From a virus (taxonomy: Duplodnaviria; Caudoviricetes), in IMG/VR virus record IMGVR_UViG_3300035703_000146, positions 1-47,160 of that record: a DNA stretch of 47,160 nt, one strand, 5' to 3'. The notes beneath the pieces were generated by a model, which searched no databases, was not told where the DNA came from, and was given only the letters and a program-made list of their open reading frames with translations. A program made the position numbers and the translations under genes. Each line of letters starts with the position of its first letter. Within the stretch, counting starts at the first letter, position 1. Positions 29,901 to 36,112 of this stretch are shown in pieces.

Positions 29901-31711
29901 CTGAAGGTATTAAAAGACTAAGAGAGGAATATCAGTTCAATGCTGATACCCTACCTTATCTTAATTCTGAAACTGGTTACTTAGCTAGAGTTGGTCTTGC
30001 TGCTATTCGGTTCAAGTTCTCTGCGGGTTATGGTATCTCAGCTTTTGCAGAAACTATGGTTGAGCTAGCAAAGCAAAGCCCAGAGTTATACAGTGTACCT
30101 GTAAATGTTATCAAAGCTATGCGTTATGTGTTTGCTGATTATCGACTGTCAAAGCGTAAGCTATTAGAGTCAGACATTGGCGATATGACCTTTATTCTAG
30201 AAAACTTCCGTACTGACTTTGCTAACCGTTTCATGGGAGAGATTGGATACGGAGCATTCCGTTCTGATTCTCGTCTAGGAACCAAAGTAGCAAACAGTGT
30301 GTTGAATATCCGAGATGCTCAAGGTATCTTGGAAACTTCAACTAGAACATTTGAAGAAGCTGGTAAGTGGATGCAAAGCATTGGTTCGTTGCAATCAATA
30401 ACCAATGGAACAAGAGCATTGGCTAAACAGCGTATTCAAAGACTGATCTGGAAGTATATGAAGAAGGGTAGTATTGAAAAGCTGTTTGATGCTCTACAAG
30501 AATCCTTAACAGCTGATGAACTAGCTGCTCTTAAAAAAGCAGCAGCTTCCGATAGTAAAGCAGAAGCAGCTCTATGGAAAAAGTTTGCTGGCATTGCCAG
30601 ACACGAAGCTAAGTTTGGTGATCCAAACGAAGCAGCCTTGTTCCTAAAGTATGGTCTAAGTACCAAGGAACAGATTGCACATTTACGATGGGCAATGGAA
30701 AAGGCAGGACATAGAGATGGTAGAATTAATATCTTTAACATTTCAGATATCTATGAAGACCTCAGAGATAATCCAGTTGATGGGTTTGATCCTGAAGTTC
30801 TAGCATCTGCTATATCAGCATATGGTCATATGGTTGAAGACCTGATTATTAAAACTTCTACTTCTGAACTTAAGGGTTTAAATAAGGTTACTTCTTTAGA
30901 TTCTCGTAGTACTTTTGGAAGAATGTTCTATGCTCTAACTTCTTGGGTACGCGCTTATCAAGACAATGTAATTCTTGATTTCGGTAGCCGTAGCACAGTC
31001 AAGTATATTGCTAGTGGTATCTTCTTATATGCCGCTATGGATACTATCATTGGATTGTTTAAGGAATGGTTGGCTGGTAGAGAAACTGAGGATATCATGC
31101 AGGAGTTTGAAGACCAGCCATCTCAGTTTGTATTACGCGGTGTAAGCCGTATTCCATTCCTTGGTATTGCCAACGGTCTAGTCGAAGCTGGCGCTAGTGC
31201 CATCTCTGGTATGACCGGAGGTTCTTATCAGTACTATGGTGTGCCTTTGATGCCTGCGGGTGCAGGAGCCAGCATGAGTGCTATCCAAGGAATTTATTAC
31301 AATCTATCTGATATTACTTCAGATGCTATTATGAAACGCGAAGCCAATCTTAAGGCATTGTCTGGTCTATTCGGAGCTGAGACTCTGATTAACCGAAGCC
31401 CTCTAGCTATTCCCGCAAGAATGCTAGAAACTAACAATGCTTTCCAAGAGGCCGATGCAATTCAAAAGTATCTAGAGCTTGTACATAGAAACCCATATCC
31501 TTACATGGATAAGGCAGCTTCTAGAGTCAAGCCAGTTGGTATTGAGAATGAAGTCACACCAAGAAACCTAGATCTAGAGAGACAACAATATCTCAAAGAC
31601 CTAGAAAAAAGACAGAAACAACAATCTCTTATTCGACCTCCAGCTATAGGATTTAACGACCAGAAAGGTGTATCTGGTATCCTAGGTGATATCCTAGGTC
31701 AATCCGAATAG
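20918..31711 (+). CDS. giant internal virion protein (gp16-position), polyvalent, 3597 aa
   Basis: RBS AAAGGA. Ala/Gly hydrophobic helices near the N-terminus and a hydrophobic helical C-terminus as in ejectosome proteins. Internal HELGH, YHGT..PVYL..GYDGV..QIKS and HTH-type modules. Confidence 0.7.
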   Translation: MFNYTQGFPLVEDRPSAGLLSLKAYTPAQVLSAYDGDNLEFLDSSKISDPLYWTRGETKKAETYNEWFAIQQALGTLEGNLTGISDQYLGIANEPLKGAALRQLVGKAPLTPWRWSDSELTEEALAQDQKELNTLLEAEQGIDIASIPVDQLTENQNLIRKLASKFAYVEAEKKAKDKLGFNWLDLLDAQEIFGISLSDRELAGDTKDIEERLSRFDPNFDSKSWFASKFSDEIVNRGLLENGITADLIADAPNEDAAFMRIMSRLSITDLQRRAASYTPTTLDKGRLFRDTIITGVINSPDTIPSVVAELGLAGLATAFGTPAAGAATLGATSAVTSALGGTSVFMRLKRAYDAIGAASKTMKVAGYAAETLYKMPIGIMPSYVKNFGLIRGTAASFTFGAVQGGMAEYARQQREIAFGASTLYATPNAMTDYNLSLVARSALESGAAFGTVFGLGGGLLRSGVGALKNRMSGVLIDPVTGVRNIADQRFTFESTPLGNTIDNIRNFVGKEERALIDAPVPDQLAVESILNRTEVTTDTLVSRTEARVDRVETREAARSPDAARATPEDAGTRRYEGETIPEYIARVAPNRAIRNIYEIMSEIARRTPTEGSLRLIESSEQFDNMSIQDQMRVLFNSKKVLEDAKKAETDSVGLPKERERLYDELEKSRKSWFARLKKKLPKAAFKALKEELEENKKASGKRLPDLLKEARNTGKTAAERKAASDELAARLLETASAMAAAPDREAAIRATVPPEVLDSLEAAVVEQHLTGTISNETADSIIKNIAGEEVETKLSPLNRVARAAKNAITVAKISPDRVKKIKAIIKDPDSFVSVIDGDKDNALRFFDFVNELVLNDMISEIDRNLLLASTVHLNFSSKAFNIQFAVESVLENGKIQPDIVGIFRRRNNSIVMNSDFTGTTASIKRRRAKTLLHELGHAYFAHEASGANYLDALRLYNKTILTSGVELMRVRPETTDPLLDSAFLGQYHMQNAEEMFVQTFSQILFTEAEAAINTFSPPQVSRARNVLDKLATNITLAAAMFNKSDYYNAAKDIIDSITEVDSKLKDRVSMPTLARTYSKLYPLFDTVTDAAEYNKKIDAEFPNQDMKPYHLNQAEVDLFAKTKGDPSFIIAMTIMKADRRSFIDANGNFTKSIVDLVKAYNDYKTTQLTSMQIKIAFLVGSLNYKKIEALDKFDRLDFIKDELFSIYSRTIFKGKSKRTLVPATYEDLDALKNLDTMDYLDPTGNSVPYAVGFFGTSGETLINAIASTQSKGKALVADALSADDVAKLVGVMRTDAAMTTNLIDRLRIYLDNIGLPELANVVTEVNHLAYIERLKTEGMLDVRGTNTESPEFKTWFGSSKVVDGSGQPLILYHGTSKDTDFTKFRIGKRGAWFTTDAASASKYAMENDSQKLIFEYDYIQKREVGRQVNTASRVIPVYLKIERPAKLTPEELQGLQLAQNYAKYQADLFEKYKRAGYDGVDMGDGVWVVFEPTQIKSIYNRGTFDPAVADIRRNVVEPEPSTPIWPNKEVANTSLALMLKEKLSVEQIKVILKANLSSSTYSYITNKYSTPKKLLGAVSKLIDEDGLVFNQDSQRWGIKLTSAKPKVTVEAQAQAISLETTVLTKDNLMKVIARIGEKYSKGADTDEYFTEALASMMMPKEQAVSGIAGNLELILSKIENGSLATVKDFVNYIHATANNLRKNQQKKAPEVKATAADRIVTTKKDIRFTILSEALAFNTATQGRLLTPQEIELIRVFNESSSMAEAGAKLKRSARTAGNYRAKLIAKITDVFEQASIRLDSDRTAIAAALNKYFDTVASVVDKAKPDTEKKVTSKVTEAKSKPEKSPVEAGARMAQTAALAEKLRNKNPDPVPVPVPANTETVLYKVTDEVTGNEPEKVLRPSEQADAIIHGSQTAAKEAVAFTPKKPLSMDFGTSEALASQPEKLASILKSASRLGFDALVFKDGSVIPINIEELPVVGKTVIKKEPDAPAEVEITTVDKTPVLNVISKPRQPAQPKAQKESFPVKVVKKKVLQTKPKSKGGSKTKLSDLKKELLTSFKTRKERIDHLVKLGYAKVFNTDSGNTPFVLLEDRLTVVINVKGKDIPFYISTGLGGKKDVAAGQWYPFFGMTEDNSWFIKLTGKEINDVYGSPELKAVKELLDESFGNLDDEMQQLPMGNTLEEMRSIRSEFYKETGLDGVLAQNKKAVDSLSTLLKTLNTSGIKKGDPYNKVKAFIDSVVKEISEGKELEAPSVTPSTPRIPTPPKREVPVEPIESDLVKTPETDVVERKTNDDPALLRQSGMDSNFLKTFIKKYWESKIEADSGTTMTPMFKNMWAHFVNVNQYIADANKRVLGDDIMDKFWKAVDRLRTESLLRKVTEGPAGKKPLTYRQMLEKAAEEIKVDGKPDFVIPLLPEEIKFVKVNAEGDYRLSARSKKAKDIIDAAGEDPKLPGPPKADAIIREGEGQPELPIKIEEEPPTPKEKIIDNKINQSEAGASRLLRFNNMVGAIFGGNQRDSKSWWEDLMNKSTNATQGTSALGKTIRSTVDRLSFASRFFDDTRTQTAHLVGAGKTAFKTAMQLRSEEGRLMTRIFREYARLHNIVPKLTNDVRAKLDMYVYESLYKNRQPNKADLVALGIPVHLAQEVAKQASMLIKSSQIANRNILELETQTGRMSIVDENGNPVSHLTYAPVQLDHEGLARLDQNSRAALINAMVTARTNRKLNDPMLDMNTMIVMGWLDVAFNDDAKTLSVFAPDRTIKYSESANMFSNDTLLKLFDSEIKKEGITGRKSEILRLLRKSNPEKFFVLEFDDKYVIYRVPEKVTDLAPADKAKYVEAIKGNTAMYTDRWRTILNNKNLIEREMKEILKFKTKQYPYNNPDDFHSVAKQPFFKIDPEGKTALPIRGLTPEEVLSTPETRAVLRTNLSESYFYFLKGRYFELAFQRELDRMFGQTGITILDVFDYVEKSSYEDFDRIAELAGWTPEQLSYAQKNLAEGIKRLREEYQFNADTLPYLNSETGYLARVGLAAIRFKFSAGYGISAFAETMVELAKQSPELYSVPVNVIKAMRYVFADYRLSKRKLLESDIGDMTFILENFRTDFANRFMGEIGYGAFRSDSRLGTKVANSVLNIRDAQGILETSTRTFEEAGKWMQSIGSLQSITNGTRALAKQRIQRLIWKYMKKGSIEKLFDALQESLTADELAALKKAAASDSKAEAALWKKFAGIARHEAKFGDPNEAALFLKYGLSTKEQIAHLRWAMEKAGHRDGRINIFNISDIYEDLRDNPVDGFDPEVLASAISAYGHMVEDLIIKTSTSELKGLNKVTSLDSRSTFGRMFYALTSWVRAYQDNVILDFGSRSTVKYIASGIFLYAAMDTIIGLFKEWLAGRETEDIMQEFEDQPSQFVLRGVSRIPFLGIANGLVEAGASAISGMTGGSYQYYGVPLMPAGAGASMSAIQGIYYNLSDITSDAIMKREANLKALSGLFGAETLINRSPLAIPARMLETNNAFQEADAIQKYLELVHRNPYPYMDKAASRVKPVGIENEVTPRNLDLERQQYLKDLEKRQKQQSLIRPPAIGFNDQKGVSGILGDILGQSE

Positions 31712-31724
31712 TTGGGGCTATGGA
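31704..31724 (+). promoter_or_regulatory. candidate phage RNAP promoter (right-end copy)
   Basis: CCGAATAGTTGGGGCTATGGA aligns without gaps to copies at 36519 and 44799. Confidence 0.55.
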
Positions 31725-32651
31725 AGATATACCATAGGTTAACCCCTAGGATATCCCCTATAGTTTGAATTTAGGTTTTGTATTGTCTTTGCTAACCTAT
31801 ACACCCCTAGGTTCCTTAAGTGGAGCCTAGGGGATTCTTTAGTTATTAATACAACAATAATAACAACAAAGGTGATCCCTTGTTGATCATCGCACTCCGG
31901 GGTTTCCCCCCGGTTTTAACCCTTGTTTATTTCGCCTACGATGCCCGGAGACAGCTCCGGTTAGACCGAAGGGGACCAAGGACCACCCCAACCCAAAATC
32001 CCCCTATAAGTGATTTAAAGCTGTGGGCCTCCCCGGTAAGCCTTTTGGGATTCCCGTAAGTGAAAATCGGCTTAGGGGTCAGAAATTAGCGAAGGGTGGT
32101 CCCCCCTAGTCCCCCCGGTCCCGCCCCCCCCCTACCCCCCTGCGAGTTACCGGACTTTCCCCGGTGGTTCCGATAACCCCGGCAGGGCTAGGTCCGGTAA
32201 CTAAGGACGGCCCCGGAAAGGTTATGGGACTATGGTTGCCGATGGTTGCCGTTTCCGGCGCGGGAACCCTTGGAAGTGTCGCCCCCGGGCGGCCTCTGAA
32301 CCCCGCCGCGTTGCGCCCCCGGCCTGATTGGGGCGCGTTCCCTGCGCGAACTATCCGGCCCGTGCCTTTGGCCCGCGCTACCCTCCCTGCGGTGGTAGCC
32401 GAAACGGATAGCAAACAATGGGATCGACCCGATGCGCTGCACGGGTTTGGGCGGACGCGGGTTTGCAATAACCGCGCCGCACGGGAGCCTACAATGCGAG
32501 TAGGCGGCTAATCCCCGATGATTCTAAACTTTGGTCCGATATCCCCTGCGTTCTTTCGCGGGGGATATCGGCTAGGGTACATTCCTGCGGGAATGTGCGC
32601 CTAGCCGATAGCCGTGCGGCTACCGGATTCGCAAGTTTACCAAAGGTTACA
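31712..32651. other. non-coding region, probable genome-terminus junction (terminal repeat region)
   Basis: Separates the last late gene from the first early gene. Abrupt AT-to-GC shift, short CCTA repeats, C-tracts and many inverted repeats. Confidence 0.6.
31804..31840 (+). terminator. hairpin / probable terminator after late genes
   Basis: CCCCTAGGTTCC-TTAAGT-GGAGCCTAGGGG, a 12-bp stem, then ATTCTTT. Confidence 0.6.
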
Positions 32652-33050
32652 ATGGACTACGCTACTTTCCGCCGCGTTGCTGTCGCCTGCAACTTTGCCG
32701 CTGCGTTCAACGACAATGTGAAGTTGACCGATACGGGCAAGGTTGATGCCCGTAACTTTGCGTCGATCATGGAACACGACGCGCTCTTTCTCGCGGCGGG
32801 ATGCGTCAAGGGTTATTCGATGCTGTCGATCCTGCTTGCGAAGGATGGTATCGACGCGGCAACTTTCCGGTGGCGCGGCAATGCGACCAAGGGTATCGAG
32901 CCGCACCCGATGGCCGCGCAGTACATGGAATACGCTACCGCGTATCTCCGCGAGGCTTTCCCGTCGATGCGTTTCGATTCGGTGAACAATGCCGCGCCGA
33001 AGCGCCGCGAGAATCTCCCGGCGGCTATCCTTGACGCTCTCGCCATCTAA
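32652..33050 (+). CDS. first early gene, hypothetical protein
   Basis: ATG 32652 after AAAGGTT. Strong G/C third-position bias in this frame. Confidence 0.7.
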   Translation: MDYATFRRVAVACNFAAAFNDNVKLTDTGKVDARNFASIMEHDALFLAAGCVKGYSMLSILLAKDGIDAATFRWRGNATKGIEPHPMAAQYMEYATAYLREAFPSMRFDSVNNAAPKRRENLPAAILDALAI

Positions 33051-33144
33051 CCTATCCGTCTATCCCGCAAGGGATGGACGCTAGGGTATCCCTCACGGGG
33101 GATATCCTAGCGTCTATCCGTTCGCACCTAACCCGGAGAAAGCA

Positions 33145-33456
33145 ATGCAAAGTTTCCAGACTGTCGTTCTCACGGACTATGTGAAGCGCGCCCGTACTAC
33201 GGGAACCCTTGCCGATGCCGCTATCGCTGCGGACTATCTGGCGAAGGTTTCCGGTGCGTCCTATGCGGCCTGCATGAATGCTCTCCGCGCCAAGTACGGT
33301 ATCCGCTATGCGGATCGTGCCTGCAAGGATCGTCCGTCGATCTATGTGGCGAAGAATCCCGCGAACGATCCGATCCCGGTCAAGTATGATCGGACGATCA
33401 TTAGCGAAACCAAGATTCCCGACAATGTTCCGGCTACCATTGTCGCATCCATCTAA
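33145..33456 (+). CDS. early hypothetical protein
   Basis: RBS GGAG. GC-rich codon pattern. Confidence 0.7.
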   Translation: MQSFQTVVLTDYVKRARTTGTLADAAIAADYLAKVSGASYAACMNALRAKYGIRYADRACKDRPSIYVAKNPANDPIPVKYDRTIISETKIPDNVPATIVASI

Positions 33457-33468
33457 CCCGGAGGAACC

Positions 33469-33666
33469 ATGCCGAAGGAACAATGGTTGAGGGAAGTTTC
33501 GTATGTGTTCACAATGATGCGGTGGCCCAATGTTTCCGATGGGGAACTAAACGACCGCATGGATACGCTTTCCAAGAATGCACCAAAGGGTGTAGACTTG
33601 TCGCGTACATTCCGTGAGTTTAGCCGTCGAATGGCTAACCGGATCAATGATGGGGTAGGTTTCTGA
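33469..33666 (+). CDS. early hypothetical protein
   Basis: RBS GGAGG. Confidence 0.65.
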   Translation: MPKEQWLREVSYVFTMMRWPNVSDGELNDRMDTLSKNAPKGVDLSRTFREFSRRMANRINDGVGF

Positions 33667-33672
33667 TTCTCC

Positions 33673-33862
33673 GGTATACCGTAGGGAAACCTATGGTATA
33701 CCTTTCGGATTGTGAGTAGACCCATATGGGTAGACTAGCCATGTGTTACCGTAGCATGCAAACATAGCATCCTTACGGTAAGTACCGCTTTAGTTTACTC
33801 AACATAAATGACTCACGAATCCATCTTTGGTATACCGTAGGGAAACTTATGGTATACCTTTC
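33673..33862 (+). ncRNA. candidate structured RNA: rod-like hairpin flanked by two near-identical 30-nt GAAA stem-loops
   Basis: GGTATACCGTAGG-GAAA-C(C/T)TATGGTATACC-TTTC at 33673 and 33829. The intervening 126 nt form nested complementary blocks. Confidence 0.5.
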
Positions 33863-33907
33863 TGTCTGATTTCTTTCTCTCATCCGGCTATGCCGGGAAA
33901 GGTTTAC

Positions 33908-34141
33908 ATGTACCTGTACACAATCATGTTTCCCAACGCACGAATGGTGTTCTTGGGAGTAGTGAAGCGACGAATGACGATGGACGAAATCGTGTTCGTG
34001 TTCAAGGAAGCAAACGATTGCAAGACAAGGGGAGAGATCATCAGCATCGTAAAGAACACAAACTCCGAATACTTTGTGGAGATCAGCACCGGAGAATCAG
34101 CAACGATCTACAGCACCTTTGTCGATGAGATCGGAACCTAA
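33908..34141 (+). CDS. early hypothetical protein
   Basis: Start moved to ATG 33908 after AAAGGT. Confidence 0.6.
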   Translation: MYLYTIMFPNARMVFLGVVKRRMTMDEIVFVFKEANDCKTRGEIISIVKNTNSEYFVEISTGESATIYSTFVDEIGT

Positions 34142-34169
34142 TACCCGGCTATGCCGGGAAGGATAAGCA

Positions 34170-34451
34170 ATGCACAATAGCACCACGATTGCTAAGGCTA
34201 AGGCTATGGCTGAGACTCTTTCTCTTGCCTCTGTGAATGATCTTTCGGAGAAGACAGTCAAGGAAAACTATAAGCAACTTTGTGAGATGCTTGACAAGGT
34301 TGCGATTATTGCGAAGAACTATGAAGATCTTTGCAACACTGATCATAGGCTGATCCTTTCTTACGAGGATACGATTGGTGAGTTGGAGCGTGAGATTATT
34401 CGTCTGAGGAATGAGCAGGCGAATATCAAGTGGACTAACATCAACATCTAA
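34170..34451 (+). CDS. early coiled-coil protein
   Basis: RBS AAGGA; heptad pattern. Confidence 0.65.
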   Translation: MHNSTTIAKAKAMAETLSLASVNDLSEKTVKENYKQLCEMLDKVAIIAKNYEDLCNTDHRLILSYEDTIGELEREIIRLRNEQANIKWTNINI

Positions 34452-34466
34452 TCGGAGGAACTAACC

Positions 34467-34559
34467 ATGTTTGAGCTGATTGGTGGGGTGGTTGGTGTTC
34501 TGTTTCTGTATGCTCTCGTTGTTTCCATCCAAGAGAATAAGGATATGAACAATGGTTGA
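34467..34559 (+). CDS. 30-aa membrane peptide (not in ORF track)
   Basis: MFELIGGVVGVLFLYALVVSIQENKDMNNG* after GGAGGA. Confidence 0.55.
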   Translation: MFELIGGVVGVLFLYALVVSIQENKDMNNG

Positions 34560-34616
34560 ACAGTTTCCTTTGTATCGCAAGTGGCGGAAGAACTTCAACA
34601 AGAAAGCAAAGAAGTA

Positions 34617-34769
34617 ATGCCGTCTATTGATGAGATCGATGAGATCCTTTGGTTTCTTTATCGGCAACTAGAGATTGCTGAAACATTTGGTGAGTCTCGT
34701 TTTTGGTTGGTTAGGGAAATCACTAGGCTTGAGATTAGAAAGGAAGAGATTACTAATGCAACCCTTTGA
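34617..34769 (+). CDS. early hypothetical protein
   Basis: TAATG-coupled to a 21-aa basic mini-ORF at 34552-34617. Confidence 0.5.
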   Translation: MPSIDEIDEILWFLYRQLEIAETFGESRFWLVREITRLEIRKEEITNATL

Positions 34770-34920
34770 TGTGACTGTTGTGTTGGCTAACGACGAGGTG
34801 TATAACCATCTTGTGTATGCTTATAGTGAGCCTGAGGCTAAGCAGTCTATCTCTTTGTTCTATCGTGATAGCACTATCCTTGGTATCATCTTCGGTACTT
34901 CTGACAAGGAGAACAAGTAA
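34756..34920 (+). CDS. early hypothetical protein
   Basis: ATG 34756; coupled to the next gene by TAATG. Confidence 0.55.
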   Translation: MQPFDVTVVLANDEVYNHLVYAYSEPEAKQSISLFYRDSTILGIIFGTSDKENK

Positions 34921-35159
34921 TGTTTGAGTATCATGTGGTCGTGAACGGTAATAGTGTGGCATGGTTCGACACTAAGTATGAGGCTAATCGTAGTGCCGTT
35001 GAGTATGCGATGAAGAATCCCGGCTCTAATGTTTTGGTTGAGTGCTTGGAGTTTACACTTGAGCCTGAAGATACAGACGAGGATGATATCCTTACTGAAC
35101 AGAACCTCAACTATTACAACGATGTAATGGGTGATGCTGCTCGTCGGTGGTATTCCTAA
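34920..35159 (+). CDS. early acidic hypothetical protein
   Basis: RBS AAGGAG. Confidence 0.65.
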   Translation: MFEYHVVVNGNSVAWFDTKYEANRSAVEYAMKNPGSNVLVECLEFTLEPEDTDEDDILTEQNLNYYNDVMGDAARRWYS

Positions 35160-35173
35160 GAAAGGAAAGCGAC

Positions 35174-35407
35174 ATGAAGGATACTGATTACTGGTCGAAA
35201 CTTTCGTATTATAACTGGACATTTAGACAGAACAATAGCTTTGGGTATTTCATTGGGCCTGTTGAGTTTACTGTGACTGCCCGTAATGAAGACGATGCTT
35301 GGAATGTACTCACTAAGCAACCTTGGTTTACTACAAACTATGATTGCGATTGTTGTGGTGAGCGTTGGTCTAGGTCTAGTGTCGAACAATCTTCGGAGGT
35401 ATTTTAA
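35174..35407 (+). CDS. small Cys-motif phage protein
   Basis: RBS AAAGGA. QNNSxG...DCDCCGERW motif. Confidence 0.65.
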   Translation: MKDTDYWSKLSYYNWTFRQNNSFGYFIGPVEFTVTARNEDDAWNVLTKQPWFTTNYDCDCCGERWSRSSVEQSSEVF

Positions 35408-35604
35408 TGAATGTCAATGGCTATGTTACTCTCGTTGTGCTGAATGATGGTGAAACTTTTAGCGATATTCATGGTTGCTCTATCTGTGTTGTTCCCTTTG
35501 AGCAGTATCGTGATGTCGTGAATAGTGGTGGTGATGCATCAGACTTCAAGCCTGTTGCTGAGTTTGGTCTATCCAATATGAGCATTCCAACCAATCAACC
35601 TTGA
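35407..35604 (+). CDS. early hypothetical protein
   Basis: RBS GGAGG; TAATG coupling. Confidence 0.65.
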   Translation: MNVNGYVTLVVLNDGETFSDIHGCSICVVPFEQYRDVVNSGGDASDFKPVAEFGLSNMSIPTNQP

Positions 35605-35611
35605 GGAGACA

Positions 35612-35938
35612 ATGAAGTACAAGCACACTATCTATTTGCCAAAGCATGACAATGATGATATGCCCGGATCGTATCACATTGCAGATAACATTCGCAAGGA
35701 AATCATTGGTGCTATGACCCGTAACTTTGGTGGTTGTAGTATCGTGGATGTGAATGGGTATTGGATGAATGACCGTGGTATTGTCATGCGTGATAAGGTG
35801 TGGGCTATCTATACCATCACCGATGCTAAGACTATTGAAGGAATGATTGCATTCTACATTAGTCTTATCAAGGATTCGTTGCACCAAGAGACTGTCATGT
35901 ATACCATTGAGGAGGTTAACGATGTCATCTTCATGTGA
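35612..35938 (+). CDS. DUF3574/SAM-lyase-like small protein
   Basis: RBS GAGGAG. FGGxS..xxGxW...G...D.V...K..L.QE.V pattern. Confidence 0.45.
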   Translation: MKYKHTIYLPKHDNDDMPGSYHIADNIRKEIIGAMTRNFGGCSIVDVNGYWMNDRGIVMRDKVWAIYTITDAKTIEGMIAFYISLIKDSLHQETVMYTIEEVNDVIFM

Positions 35939-36077
35939 GCGTGAGTATTACCCTGATCCTGATGAGATCTATGAGCAGAGGTTTGAGTATGATTCCTATG
36001 AGGGTGAGCATGATCCCCGTCTGTATGATTCATGTCCTGATGCATTCCATGTAGAGGACTATGAGGAGGATGAGTAA
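35922..36077 (+). CDS. very acidic Tyr-rich peptide
   Basis: ATG 35922 after GGAGG. D/E/Y dominated. Confidence 0.55.
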   Translation: MSSSCEREYYPDPDEIYEQRFEYDSYEGEHDPRLYDSCPDAFHVEDYEEDE

Positions 36078-36112
36078 GATGAGATTCCCTTTATTGAGGA
36101 TGGAGATATCTA

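Noticed and set aside
2065-30741. Many minus-strand ORFs of 60-195 aa in the late region
   Set aside because: All lie antisense within long, well-supported + strand genes and reflect codon bias.
32463-32495. sigma70 promoter TTGCAA...TACAAT at the left end
   Set aside because: The spacer is 21 nt, outside the normal 16-18.
32106-32511. ORFs 32106-32468(-), 32164-32511(+) and 32230-32442(-)
   Set aside because: Pro/Arg/Gly-rich translations typical of GC-rich non-coding DNA, with no RBS. The region is better explained by its stems.
32030-33460. GC-rich segment as host DNA or prophage boundary
   Set aside because: No integrase or host-like genes. GC declines gradually into the early genes, which share intergenic motifs with this segment. 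A chimeric join cannot be fully excluded without reads.
33673-33858. CRISPR mini-array from the two 30-nt palindromic repeats
   Set aside because: Only two copies, the 126-nt spacer is far too long and self-complementary, and there are no cas genes. Kept as an ncRNA candidate instead.
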